Shown in pieces: positions 12,498 to 25,700 of a stretch of 64,000 nucleotides of DNA. The position numbers and the translations under genes are program-made. The notes below the pieces were generated by a model that saw nothing but the letters and a program-made list of their open reading frames with translations, had not been told where the DNA came from and ran no database searches. Position 1 is the stretch's first letter, and every line of letters begins with the position of its first letter. Origin of the DNA: Auanema rhodensis (lineage: Eukaryota > Animalia > Nematoda); contig OZ059897.1 in assembly GCA_964057225.1 (NCBI GenBank), positions 21,886,001-21,950,000 on the forward strand, in the 5' to 3' direction.

Positions 12498-15400
12498 TAG
12501 TCTAAAAACAAATTTTTATTGATATTGGTGCATGGTAACCATGACTTTGAAATTTACGTGAACTTTAATTTATGCTAATTAAATGTACACGTGATGTGCA
12601 CTTGGTATGTAACTCGCTTCATGTGAAAGATAAAGAGATGCGGTTTTCAAAATTAGGTTCCCCATGTCCATATTAGTCTAAAAACAAATTTTTATTGATA
12701 TTGGTTCATGGTAACCATGACTTTGAAATTTACGTGAACTTTAATTTATGCTAATTAAATGTACACGTGATGTGCACTTGGTATGTAACTCGCTTCACGT
12801 GAAAGATAAAGAGATGCGGTTTTCAAAATTAGATTCCCCATGTCCATATTAGTCTAAAAACAAATTTTTATTGATATTGGTGCATGGTAACCATGACTTT
12901 GAAATTTACGTGTACTTTAATTTATGCTAATTAAATGTACACGTGATGTGCACTTGGTATGTAACTCGCTTCACATGAAAGATAAAGAGATGCGGTTTTC
13001 AAAATTAGATTCCCCAAGTCCATATTAGTCTAAAAACAAATTTTTATTGTAATTGGTTCATGGTAACCATGACTTTGAAATTTACGTGAACTTTAATTTA
13101 TGCTAATTAAATGTACACGTGATGTGCACTTGGTATGTAACTCGCTTCACGTGAAAGATAAAGAGATGCGGTTCTCAAAATTAGATTCCCCATGTCCATA
13201 TTAGTCTAAAAACAAATTTTTATTGATATTGGTGCATGGTAACCATGACTTTGAAATTTACGTGAACTTTAATTTATGCTAATTAAATGTACACGTGATG
13301 TGCACTTGGTATGTAACTCGCTTCACGTGAAAGATAAAGAGATGCGGTTTTCAAAATTAGATTCCCCATGTCCATATTAGTCTAAAAACAAATTTTTATT
13401 GATATTGGTGCATGGTAACCATGACTTTGAAATTTACGTGAACTTTAATTCATGCTAATTAAATGTACACGTGATGTGCACTTGGTATGTAACTCGCTTC
13501 ACGTAAAAGATAAAGAGATGCGGTTTTCAAAATTAGATTCCCCATGTCCATATTAGTCTAAAAACAAATTTTTATTGATATTGGTGCATGGTAACCATGA
13601 CTTTGAAATTTACGTGTACTTTAATTTATGCTAATTAAATGTACACGTGATGTGCACTTGGTATGTAACTCGCTTCACGTGAAAGATAAAGAGATGCGGT
13701 TTTCAAAATTAGATTTCCCAAGTCCATATTAGTCTAAAAACAAATTTTTATTGATATTGGTTCATGGTAACCATGACTTTGAAATTTACGTGAACTTTAA
13801 TTTATGCTAATTAAATGTACACGTGATGTGCACTTGGTATGTAACTCGCTTCACGTGAAAGATAAAGAGATGCGGTTTTCAAAATTAGATTCCCCATGTC
13901 CATATTAGTCTAAAAACAAATTTTTATTGATATTGGTTCATGGTAACCATGACTTTGAAATTTACGTGAACTTTGATTTATGCTAATTAAATGTACACGT
14001 GATGTGCACTTGGTATGTAACTCGCTTCACGTGAAAGATAAAGAGATGCGGTTTTCAAAATTAGATTCCCCATGTCCATATTAGTCTAAAAACAAATTTT
14101 TATTGATATTGGTGCATGGTAACCATAACTTTGAAATTTACGTGAACTTTAATTTATGCTAATTAAATGTACACGTGATGTGCACTTGGTATGTAACTCG
14201 CTTCACGTGAAAGATAAAGAGATGCGGTTTTCAAAATTAGATTCCCCATGTCCATATTAGTCTAAAAACAAATTTTTATTGATATTGGTTCATGGTAACC
14301 ATGACTTTGAAATTTACGTGAACTTTGATTTATGCTAATTAAATGTACACGTGATGTGCACTTGGTATGTAACTCGCTTCACGTGAAAGATAAAGAGATG
14401 CGGTTTTCAAAATTAGATTCCCCATGTCCATATTAGTCTAAAAACAAATTTTTATTGATATTGGTGCATGGTAACCATGACTTTGAAATTTACGTGTACT
14501 TTAATTTATGCTAATTAAATGTACACGTGATGTGCACTTGGTATGTAACTCGCTTCACGTGAAAGATAAAGAGATGCGGTTTTCAAAATTAGATTCCCCA
14601 TGTCCATATTAGTCTAAAAACAAATTTTTATTGATATTGGTGCATGGTAACCATGACTTTGAAATTTACGTGAACTTTAATTCATGCTAATTAAATGTAC
14701 ACGTGATGTGCACTTGGTATGTAACTCGCTTCACGTGAAAGATAAAGAGATGCGGTTTTCAAAATTAGATTCCCCATGTCCATATTAGTCTAAAAACAAA
14801 TTTTTATTGATATTGGTGCATGGTAACCATGACTTTGAAATTTACGTGTACTTTAATTTATGCTAATTAAATGTACACGTGATGTGCACTTGGTATGTAA
14901 CTCGCTTCACATGAAAGATAAAGAGATGCGGTTTTCAAAATTAGATTCCCCAAGTCCATATTAGTCTAAAAACAAATTTTTATTGATATTGGTTCATGGT
15001 AACCATGACTTTGAAATTTACGTGAACTTTAATTTATGCTAATTAAATGTACACGTGATGTGCACTTGGTATGTAACTCGCTTCACGTGAAAGATAAAGA
15101 GATGCGGTTCTCAAAATTAGATTCCCCATGTCCATATTAGTCTAAAAACAAATTTTTATTGATATTGGTGCATGGTAACCATGACTTTGAAATTTACGTG
15201 AACTTTAATTTATGCTAATTAAATGTACACGTGATGTGCACTTGGTATGTAACTCGCTTCACGTGAAAGATAAAGAGATGCGGTTTTCAAAATTAGATTC
15301 CCCATGTCCATATTAGTCTAAAAACAAATTTTTATTGATATTGGTGCATGGTAACCATGACTTTGAAATTTACGTGAACTTTAATTTATGCTAATTAAAT

Positions 15401-17777
15401 GTACACGTGATGTGCACTTGGTATGTAACTCGCTTCACGTGAAAGATAAAGAGATGCGGTTTTCAAAATTAGATTCCCCATGTCCATATTAGTCTAAAAA
15501 CAAATTTTTATTGATATTGGTGCATGGTAACCATGACTTTGAAATTTACGTGTACTTTAATTTATGCTAATTAAATGTACACGTGATGTGCACTTGGTAT
15601 GTAACTCGCTTCACGTAAAAGATAAAGAGATGCGGTTTTCAAAATTAGATTCCCCATGTCCATATTAGTCTAAAAACAAATTTTTATTGATATTGGTGCA
15701 TGGTAACCATGACTTTGAAATTTACGTGTACTTTAATTTATGCTAATTAAATGTACACGTGATGTGCACTTGGTATGTAACTCGCTTCACGTGAAAGATA
15801 AAGAGATGCGGTTTTCAAAATTAGATTCCCCAAGTCCATATTAGTCTAAAAACAAATTTTTATTGATATTGGTTCATGGTAACCATGACTTTGAAATTTA
15901 CGTGAACTTTAATTTATGCTAATTAAATGTACACGTGATGTGCACTTGGTATGTAACTCGCTTCACGTGAAAGATAAAGAGATGCGGTTTTCAAAATTAG
16001 ATTCCCCATGTCCATATTAGTCTAAAAACAAATTTTTATTGATATTGGTGCATGGTAACCATGACTTTGAAATTTACGTGAACTTTAATTTATGCTAATT
16101 AAATGTACACGTGATGTGCACTTGGTATGTAACTCGCTTCACGTGAAAGATAAAGAGATGCGGTTTTTAAAATTAGATTCCCCATGTCCATATTAGTCTA
16201 AAAACAAATTTTTATTGATATTGGTTCATGGTAACCATGACTTTGAAATTTACGTGAACTTTAATTTATGCTAATAAAATTTACACGTGATGTGCACTTG
16301 GTATGTAACTCGCTTCACGTAAAAGATAAAGAGATGCGGTTTTCAGAATTAGATTCCCCATGTCCATATTAGTCTAAAAACAAATTTTTATTGATATTGG
16401 TGCATGGTAACCATGACTTTGAAATTTACGTGAACTTTAATTTATGCTAATTAAATGTACACGTGATGTGCACTTGGTATGTAACTCGCTTCACGTGAAA
16501 GATAAAGAGATGCGGTTTTCAAAATTAGATTCCCCATGTCCATATTAGTCTAAAAACAAATTTTCATTGATATGGGTGCATGGTAACCATGACTTTGAAA
16601 TTTACGTGAACTTTAATTTATGCTAATTAAATGTACACGTGATGTGCACTTGGTATGTAACTCGCTTCACGTGAGAGATAAAGAGATGCGGTTTTCAAAA
16701 TTAGATTCCCCATGTCCATATTAGTCTAAAAACAAATTTTTATTGATATTGGTTCATGATAACCATGACTTTGAAATTTACGTGAACTTTAATTTATGCT
16801 AATTAAATGTACACGTGATGTGCACTTGGTATGTAACTCGCTTCACGTGAAAGATAAAGAGATGCGGTTTTCAAAATTAGATTCCCCATGTCCATATTAG
16901 TCTAAAAACAAATTTTCATTGATATGGGTGCATGGTAACCATGACTTTGAAATTTACGTGAACTTTAATTTATGCTAATTAAATGTACACGTGATGTGCA
17001 CTTGGTATGTAACTCGCTTCACGTGAAAGATAAAGAGATGCGGTTTTCAAAATTAGATTCCCCATGTCCATATTAGTCTAAAAACAAATTTTTATTGATA
17101 TTGGTTCATGATAACCATGACTTTGAAATTTACGTGAACTTTAATTTATGCTAATTAAATGTACACGTGATGTGCACTTGGTATGTAACTCGCTTCACGT
17201 GAAAGATAAAGAGATGCGGTTTTCAAAATTAGATTCCCCATGTCCATATTAGTCTAAAAACAACTTTTTATTGATATTGGTGCATGGTAACCATGACTTT
17301 GAAATTTACGTGAACTTTAATTTATGCTAATTAAATGTACACGTGATGTGCACTTGGTATGTAACTCGCTTCACGTGAAAGATAAAGAGATGCGGTTTTC
17401 AAAATAAGATTCCCCATGTCCATATTAGTCTAAAAACAAATTTTTATTGATATGGGTGCATGGTAACCATGACTTTGAAATTTACGTGAACTTTAATTTA
17501 TGCTAATTAAATGTACACGTGATGTGCACTTGGTATGTAACTCGCTTCACGTGAAAGATAAAGAGTTGCGGTTTTCAAAATTAGATTCCCCATGTCCATA
17601 TTAGTCTAAAAACAAATTTTTATTGATATTGGTGCATGGTAACCATGACTTTGAAATTTACGTGAACTTTAATTTATGCTAATTAAATGTACACGTGATG
17701 TGCACTTGGTATGTAACTCGCTTCACGTGAAAGATAAAGAGATGCGGTTTTCAAAATAAGATTCCCCATGTCCATAT

Positions 17778-20241
17778 TAGTCTAAAAACAAATTTTTATT
17801 GATATTGGTTCATGGTAACCATGACTTTGAAATTTACGTGAACTTTAATTTATGCTAATTAAATGTACACGTGATGTGCACTTGGTATGTAACTCGCTTC
17901 ACGTGAAAGATAAAGAGATGCGGTTTTCAAAATTTGATTCCCCATGTCCATATTAGTCTAAAAACAAATTTTTATTGATATTGGTTCATGGTAACCATGA
18001 CTTTGAAATTTACGTGAACTTTAATTTATGCTAATTAAATGTACACGTGATGTGCACTTGGTATGTAACTCGCTTCACGTGAAAGATAAAGAGATGCGGT
18101 TTTCAAAATAAGATTCCCCATGTCCATATTAGTCTAAAAACAAATTTTTATTGATATGGGTGCATGGTAACCATGACTTTGAAATTTACGTGAACTTTAA
18201 TTTATGCTAATTAAATGTACACGTGATGTGCACTTGGTATGTAACTCGCTTCACGTGAAAGATAAAGAGTTGCGGTTTTCAAAATTAGATTCCTCATGTC
18301 CATATTAGTCTAAAAACAAATTTTTATTGATATTGGTGCATGGTAACCATGACTTTGAAATTTACGTGAACTTTAATTTATGCTAATTAAATGTACACGT
18401 GATGTGCACTTGGTATGTAACTCGCTTCACGTGAAAGATAAAGAGATGCGGTTTTCAAAATTTGATTCCCCATGTCCATATTAGTCTAAAAACAAATTTT
18501 TATTGATATTGGTTCATGGTAACCATGACTTTGAAATTTACGTGAACTTTAATTTATGCTAATTAAATGTACACGTGATGTGCACTTGGTATGTAACTCG
18601 CTTCACGTGAAAGATAAAGAGATGCGGTTTTCAAAATAAGATTCCCCATGTCCATATTAGTCTAAAAAGAAATTTTTATTGATATGGGTGCATGGTAACC
18701 ATGACTTTGAAATTTACGTGAACTTTAATTTATGCTAATTAAATGTACACGTGATGTGCACTTGGTATGTAACTCGCTTCACGTGAAAGATAAAGAGATG
18801 CGGTTTTCAAAATAAGCTTCCCCATGTCCATATTAGTCTAAAAACAAATTTTTATTGATATTGGTTCATGGTAACCATGACTTTGAAATTTACGTGAACT
18901 TTAATTTATGCTAATTAAATGTACACGTGATGTGCACTTGGTATGTAACTCGCTTCACGTGAAAGATAAAGAGATGCGGTTTTCAAAATAAGATTCCCCA
19001 TGTCCATATTAGTCTAAAAACAAATTTTTATTGATATTGGTTCATGGTAACCATGACTTTGAAATTTACGTGAACTTTAATTTATGCTAATTAAATGTAC
19101 ACGTGATGTGCACTTGGTATGTAACTCGCTTCACGTGAAAGATAAAGAGATGCGGTTTTCAAAATTTGATTCCCCATGTCCATATTAGTCTAAAAACAAA
19201 TTTTTATTGATATTGGTTCATGGTAACCATGACTTTGAAATTTACGTGAACTTTAATTTATGCTAATTAAATGTACACGTGATGTGCACTTGGTATGTAA
19301 CTCGCTTCACGTGAAAGATAAAGAGATGCGGTTTTCAAAATAAGATTCCCCATGTCCATATTAGTCTAAAAACAAATTTTTATTGATATGGGTGCATGGT
19401 AACCATGACTTTGAAATTTACGTGAACTTTAATTTATGCTAATTAAATGTACACGTGATGTGCACTTGGTATGTAACTCGCTTCACGTGAAAGATAAAGA
19501 GTTGCGGTTTTCAAAATTAGATTCCTCATGTCCATATTAGTCTAAAAACAAATTTTTATTGATATTGGTGCATGGTAACCATGACTTTGAAATTTACGTG
19601 AACTTTAATTTATGCTAATTAAATGTACACGTGATGTGCACTTGGTATGTAACTCGCTTCACGTGAAAGATAAAGAGATGCGGTTTTCAAAATTTGATTC
19701 CCCATGTCCATATTAGTCTAAAAACAAATTTTTATTGATATTGGTTCATGGTAACCATGACTTTGAAATTTACGTGAACTTTAATTTATGCTAATTAAAT
19801 GTACACGTGATGTGCACTTGGTATGTAACTCGCTTCACGTGAAAGATAAAGAGATGCGGTTTTCAAAATAAGATTCCCCATGTCCATATTAGTCTAAAAA
19901 GAAATTTTTATTGATATGGGTGCATGGTAACCATGACTTTGAAATTTACGTGAACTTTAATTTATGCTAATTAAATGTACACGTGATGTGCACTTGGTAT
20001 GTAACTCGCTTCACGTGAAAGATAAAGAGATGCGGTTTTCAAAATAAGCTTCCCCATGTCCATATTAGTCTAAAAACAAATTTTTATTGATATTGGTTCA
20101 TGGTAACCATGACTTTGAAATTTACGTGAACTTTAATTTATGCTAATTAAATGTACACGTGATGTGCACTTGGTATGTAACTCGCTTCACGTGAAAGATA
20201 AAGAGATGCGGTTTTCAAAATAAGATTCCCCATGTCCATAT
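17778..20241 (+). repeat. Tandem 7-monomer higher-order repeat x2 (1232-bp period)
   Basis: The rare C12G+T29G+A160C monomer occurs at 18658 and 19890, with the same flanking variant order in both copies. Confidence 0.85.
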
Positions 20242-20593
20242 TAGTCTAAAAACAAATTTTTATTGATATTGGTTCATGGTAACCATGACTTTGAAATTTA
20301 CGTGAACTTTAATTTATGCTAATTAAATGTACACGTGATGTGCACTTGGTATGTAACTCGCTTCACGTGAAAGATAAAGAGATGCGGTTTTCAAAATAAG
20401 ATTCCCCATGTCCATATTAGTCTAAAAACAAATTTTTATTGATATGGGTGCATGGTAACCATGACTTTGAAATTTACGTGAACTTTAATTTATGCTAATT
20501 AAATGTACACGTGATGTGCACTTGGTATGTAACTCGCTTCACGTGAAAGATAAAGAGATGCGGTTTTCAAAATTAGATTCCCCATGTCCATAT

Positions 20594-22711
20594 TAGTCTA
20601 AAAACAAATTTTTATTGATATTGGTTCATGGTAACCATGACTTTGAAATTTACGTGAACTTTAATTTATGCTAATTAAATGTACACGTGATGTGCACTTG
20701 GTATTTTAACTCGCTTCACGTGAAAGATAAAGAGATGCGGTTTTCAAAATTAGATTCCCCATGTCCATATTAGTCTAAAAACAAATTTTTATTGATATTG
20801 GTGCATGGTAACCATGACTTTGAAATTTACGTGAACTTTAATTTATGCTAATTAAATGTACACGTGATGTGCACTTGGTATTTTAACTCGCTTCACGTGA
20901 AAGATAAAGAGATGCGGTTTTCAAAATTAGATTCCCCATGTCCATATTAGTCTAAAAACAAATTTTTATTGATATTGGTTCATGGTAACCATGACTTTGA
21001 AATTTACGTGAACTTCAATTTATGCTAATTAAATGTACACGTGATGTGCACTTGGTATTTTAACTCGCTTCACGTGAAAGATAAAGAGATGCGGTTTTCA
21101 AAATTAGATTCCCCATGTCCATATTAGTCTAAAAACAAATTTTTATTGATATTGGTGCATGGTAACCATGACTTTGAAATTTACGTGAACTTTAATTTAT
21201 GCTAATTAAATGTACACGTGATGTGCACTTGGTATGTAACTCGCTTCACGTGAACGATAAAGAGATGCGGTTTTCAAAATTTGATTCCCCATGTCCATAT
21301 TAGTCTAAAAACAAATTTTTATTGATATTGGTTCATGGTAACCATGACTTTGAAATTTACGTGAACTTTAATTTATGCTAATTAAATGTACACGTGATGT
21401 GCACTTGGTATGTAACTCGCTTCACGTGAAAGATAAAGAGATGCGGTTTTCAAAATAAGATTCCCCATGTCCATATTAGTCTAAAAACAAATTTTTATTG
21501 ATATGGGTGCATGGTAACCATGACTTTGAAATTTACGTGAACTTTAATTTATGCTAATTAAATGTACACGTGATGTGCACTTGGTATGTAACTCGCTTCA
21601 CGTGAAAGATAAAGAGTTGCGGTTTTCAAAATTAGATTCCCCATGTCCATATTAGTCTAAAAACAAATTTTTATTGATATTGGTTCATGGTAACCATGAC
21701 TTTGAAATTTACGTGAACTTTAATTTATGCTAATTAAATGTACACGTGATGTGCACTTGGTATTTTAACTCGCTTCACGTGAAAGATAAAGAGATGCGGT
21801 TTTCAAAATTAGATTCCCCATGTCCATATTAGTCTAAAAACAAATTTTTATTGATATTGGTGCATGGTAACCATGACTTTGAAATTTACGTGAACTTTAA
21901 TTTATGCTAATTAAATGTACACGTGATGTGCACTTGGTATTTTAACTCGCTTCACGTGAAAGATAAAGAGATGCGGTTTTCAAAATTAGATTCCCCATGT
22001 CCATATTAGTCTAAAAACAAATTTTTATTGATATTGGTTCATGGTAACCATGACTTTGAAATTTACGTGAACTTCAATTTATGCTAATTAAATGTACACG
22101 TGATGTGCACTTGGTATTTTAACTCGCTTCACGTGAAAGATAAAGAGATGCGGTTTTCAAAATTAGATTCCCCATGTCCATATTAGTCTAAAAACAAATT
22201 TTTATTGATATTGGTGCATGGTAACCATGACTTTGAAATTTACGTGAACTTTAATTTATGCTAATTAAATGTACACGTGATGTGCACTTGGTATGTAACT
22301 CGCTTCACGTGAACGATAAAGAGATGCGGTTTTCAAAATTTGATTCCCCATGTCCATATTAGTCTAAAAACAAATTTTTATTGATATTGGTTCATGGTAA
22401 CCATGACTTTGAAATTTACGTGAACTTTAATTTATGCTAATTAAATGTACACGTGATGTGCACTTGGTATGTAACTCGCTTCACGTGAAAGATAAAGAGA
22501 TGCGGTTTTCAAAATAAGATTCCCCATGTCCATATTAGTCTAAAAACAAATTTTTATTGATATGGGTGCATGGTAACCATGACTTTGAAATTTACGTGAA
22601 CTTTAATTTATGCTAATTAAATGTACACGTGATGTGCACTTGGTATGTAACTCGCTTCACGTGAAAGATAAAGAGTTGCGGTTTTCAAAATTAGATTCCC
22701 CATGTCCATAT
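20594..22711 (+). repeat. Tandem 6-monomer higher-order repeat x2 (1059-bp period: 3x177 + 3x176)
   Basis: A triplet of GGTATTTTAAC monomers followed by the rare GTGAACGATA monomer occurs at 20594 and again at 21653. Confidence 0.9.
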
Positions 22712-25700
22712 TAGTCTAAAAACAAATTTTTATTGATATTGGTGCATGGTAACCATGACTTTGAAATTTACGTGAACTTTAATTTATGCTAATTAAATGT
22801 ACACGTGATGTGCACTTGGTATGTAACTCGCTTCACGTGAAAGATAAAGAGATGCGGTTTTCAAAATAAGATTCCCCATGTCCATATTAGTCTAAAAACA
22901 AATTTTTATTGATATTGGTTCATGGTAACCATGACTTTGAAATTTACGTGAACTTTAATTTATGCTAATTAAATGTACACGTGATGTGCACTTGGTATGT
23001 AACTTGCTTCACGTGAAAGATAAAGAGATGCGGTTTTCAAAATTTGATTCCCCATGTCCATATTAGTCTAAAAACAAATTTTTATTGATATTGGTTCATG
23101 GTAACCATGACTTTGAAATTTACGTGAACTTTAATTTATGCTAATTAAATGTACACGTGATGTGCACTTGGTATGTAACTCGCTTCACGTGAAAGATAAA
23201 GAGATGCGGTTTTCAAAATTAGATTCCGCATGTCCATATTAGTCTAAAAACAACTTTTTATTGATATTGGTGCATGGTAACCATGACTTTGAAATTTACG
23301 TGAACTTTAATTTATGCTAATTAAATGTACACGTGATGTGCACTTGGTATGTAACTCGCTTCACGTGAAAGATAAAGAGATGCGGTTTTGAAAATTAGAT
23401 TCCTCATGTCCATATTAGTCTAAAAACGAATTTTTATTGATATTGGTGCATGGTAACCATGACTTTGAAATTTACGTGAACTTTAATTTATGCTAATTAA
23501 ATGTACACGTGATGTGCACTTGGTATGTAACTCGCTTCACGTGAAAGATAAAGAGATGCGGTTTCCAAAATAAGATTCCCCATGTCCATATTAGTCTAAA
23601 AACAAATTTTTATTGATATTGGTTTATGGTAACCATGACTTTGAAATTTACGTGAACTTTAATTTATGCTAATTAAATGTACACGTGATGTGCACTTGGT
23701 ATGTAACTCGCTTCACGTGAAAGATAAAGAGATGCGGTTTTCAAAATAAGCTTCCCCATGTCCATATTAGTCTAAAAACAAATTTTTATTGATATTGGTT
23801 CATGGTAACCATGACTTTGAAATTTACGTGAACTTTAATTTATGCTAATTAAATGTACACGTGATGTGCACTTGGTATGTAACTCGCTTCACGTGAAAGA
23901 TAAAGAGATGCGGTTTTCAAAATAAGCTTCCCCATGTCCATATTAGTCTAAAAACAAATTTTTATTGATATTGGTTCATGGTAACCATGACTTTGAAATT
24001 TACGTGAACTTTAATTTATGCTAATTAAATGTACACGTGATGTGCACTTGGTATGTAACTCGCTTCACGTGAAAGATAAAGAGATGCGGTTTTCAAAATA
24101 AGCTTCCCCATGTCCATATTAGTCTAAAAACAAATTTTTATTGATATTGGTTCATGGTAACCATGACTTTGAAATTTACGTGAACTTTAATTTATGCTAA
24201 TTAAATGTACACGTGATGTGCACTTGGTATGTAACTCGCTTCACGTGAAAGATAAAGAGATGCGGTTTTCAAAATTTGATTCCCCATGTCCATATTAGTC
24301 TAAAAACAAATTTTTATTGATATTGGTTCATGGTAACCATGACTTTGAAATTTACGTGAACTTTAATTTATGCTAATTAAATGTACACGTGATGTGCACT
24401 TGGTATGTAACTCGCTTCACGTGAAAGATAAAGAGATGCGGTTTTCAAAATAAGATTCCCCATGTCCATATTAGTCTAAAAACAAATTTTTATTGATATG
24501 GGTGCATGGTAACCATGACTTTGAAATTTACGTGAACTTTAATTTATGCTAATTAAATGTACACGTGATGTGCACTTGGTATGTAACTCGCTTCACGTGA
24601 AAGATAAAGAGATGCGGTTTTCAAAATTAGATTCCCCATGTCCATATTAGTCTAAAAACAAATTTTTATTGATATTGGTTCATGGTAACCATGACTTTGA
24701 AATTTACGTGAACTTTAATTTATGCTAATTAAATGTACACGTGATGTGCACTTGGTATTTTAACTCGCTTCACGTGAAAGATAAAGAGATGCGGTTTTCA
24801 AAATTAGATTCCCCATGTCCATATTAGTCTAAAAACAAATTTTTATTGATATTGGTGCATGGTAACCATGACTTTGAAATTTACGTGAACTTTAATTTAT
24901 GCTAATTAAATGTACACGTGATGTGCACTTGGTATTTTAACTCGCTTCACGTGAAAGATAAAGAGATGCGGTTTTCAAAATTAGATTCCCCATGTCCATA
25001 TTAGTCTAAAAACAAATTTTTATTGATATTGGTTCATGGTAACCATGACTTTGAAATTTACGTGAACTTCAATTTATGCTAATTAAATGTACACGTGATG
25101 TGCACTTGGTATTTTAACTCGCTTCACGTGAAAGATAAAGAGATGCGGTTTTCAAAATTAGATTCCCCATGTCCATATTAGTCTAAAAACAAATTTTTAT
25201 TGATATTGGTGCATGGTAACCATGACTTTGAAATTTACGTGAACTTTAATTTATGCTAATTAAATGTACACGTGATGTGCACTTGGTATGTAACTCGCTT
25301 CACGTGAAAGATAAAGAGATGCGGTTTTCAAAATTTGATTCCCCATGTCCATATTAGTCTAAAAACAAATTTTTATTGATATTGGTTCATGGTAACCATG
25401 ACTTTGAAATTTACGTGAACTTTAATTTATGCTAATTAAATGTACACGTGATGTGCACTTGGTATGTAACTCGCTTCACGTGAAAGATAAAGAGATGCGG
25501 TTTTCAAAATAAGATTCCCCATGTCCATATTAGTCTAAAAACAAATTTTTATTGATATGGGTGCATGGTAACCATGACTTTGAAATTTACGTGAACTTTA
25601 ATTTATGCTAATTAAATGTACACGTGATGTGCACTTGGTATGTAACTCGCTTCACGTGAAAGATAAAGAGTTGCGGTTTTCAAAATTAGATTCCCCATGT

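Larger units (their letters stand above)
1..16017. repeat. Satellite variant domain A
   Basis: Characteristic variants: C116A+C165A+G169C (AAATCG...CCACATCTCC), A64T (GTGTAC), T168A (CCAAG), T74C (ATTCATG), G128A, A155G, C125T+A160G. T157A and T29G were not seen here. Confidence 0.85.
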
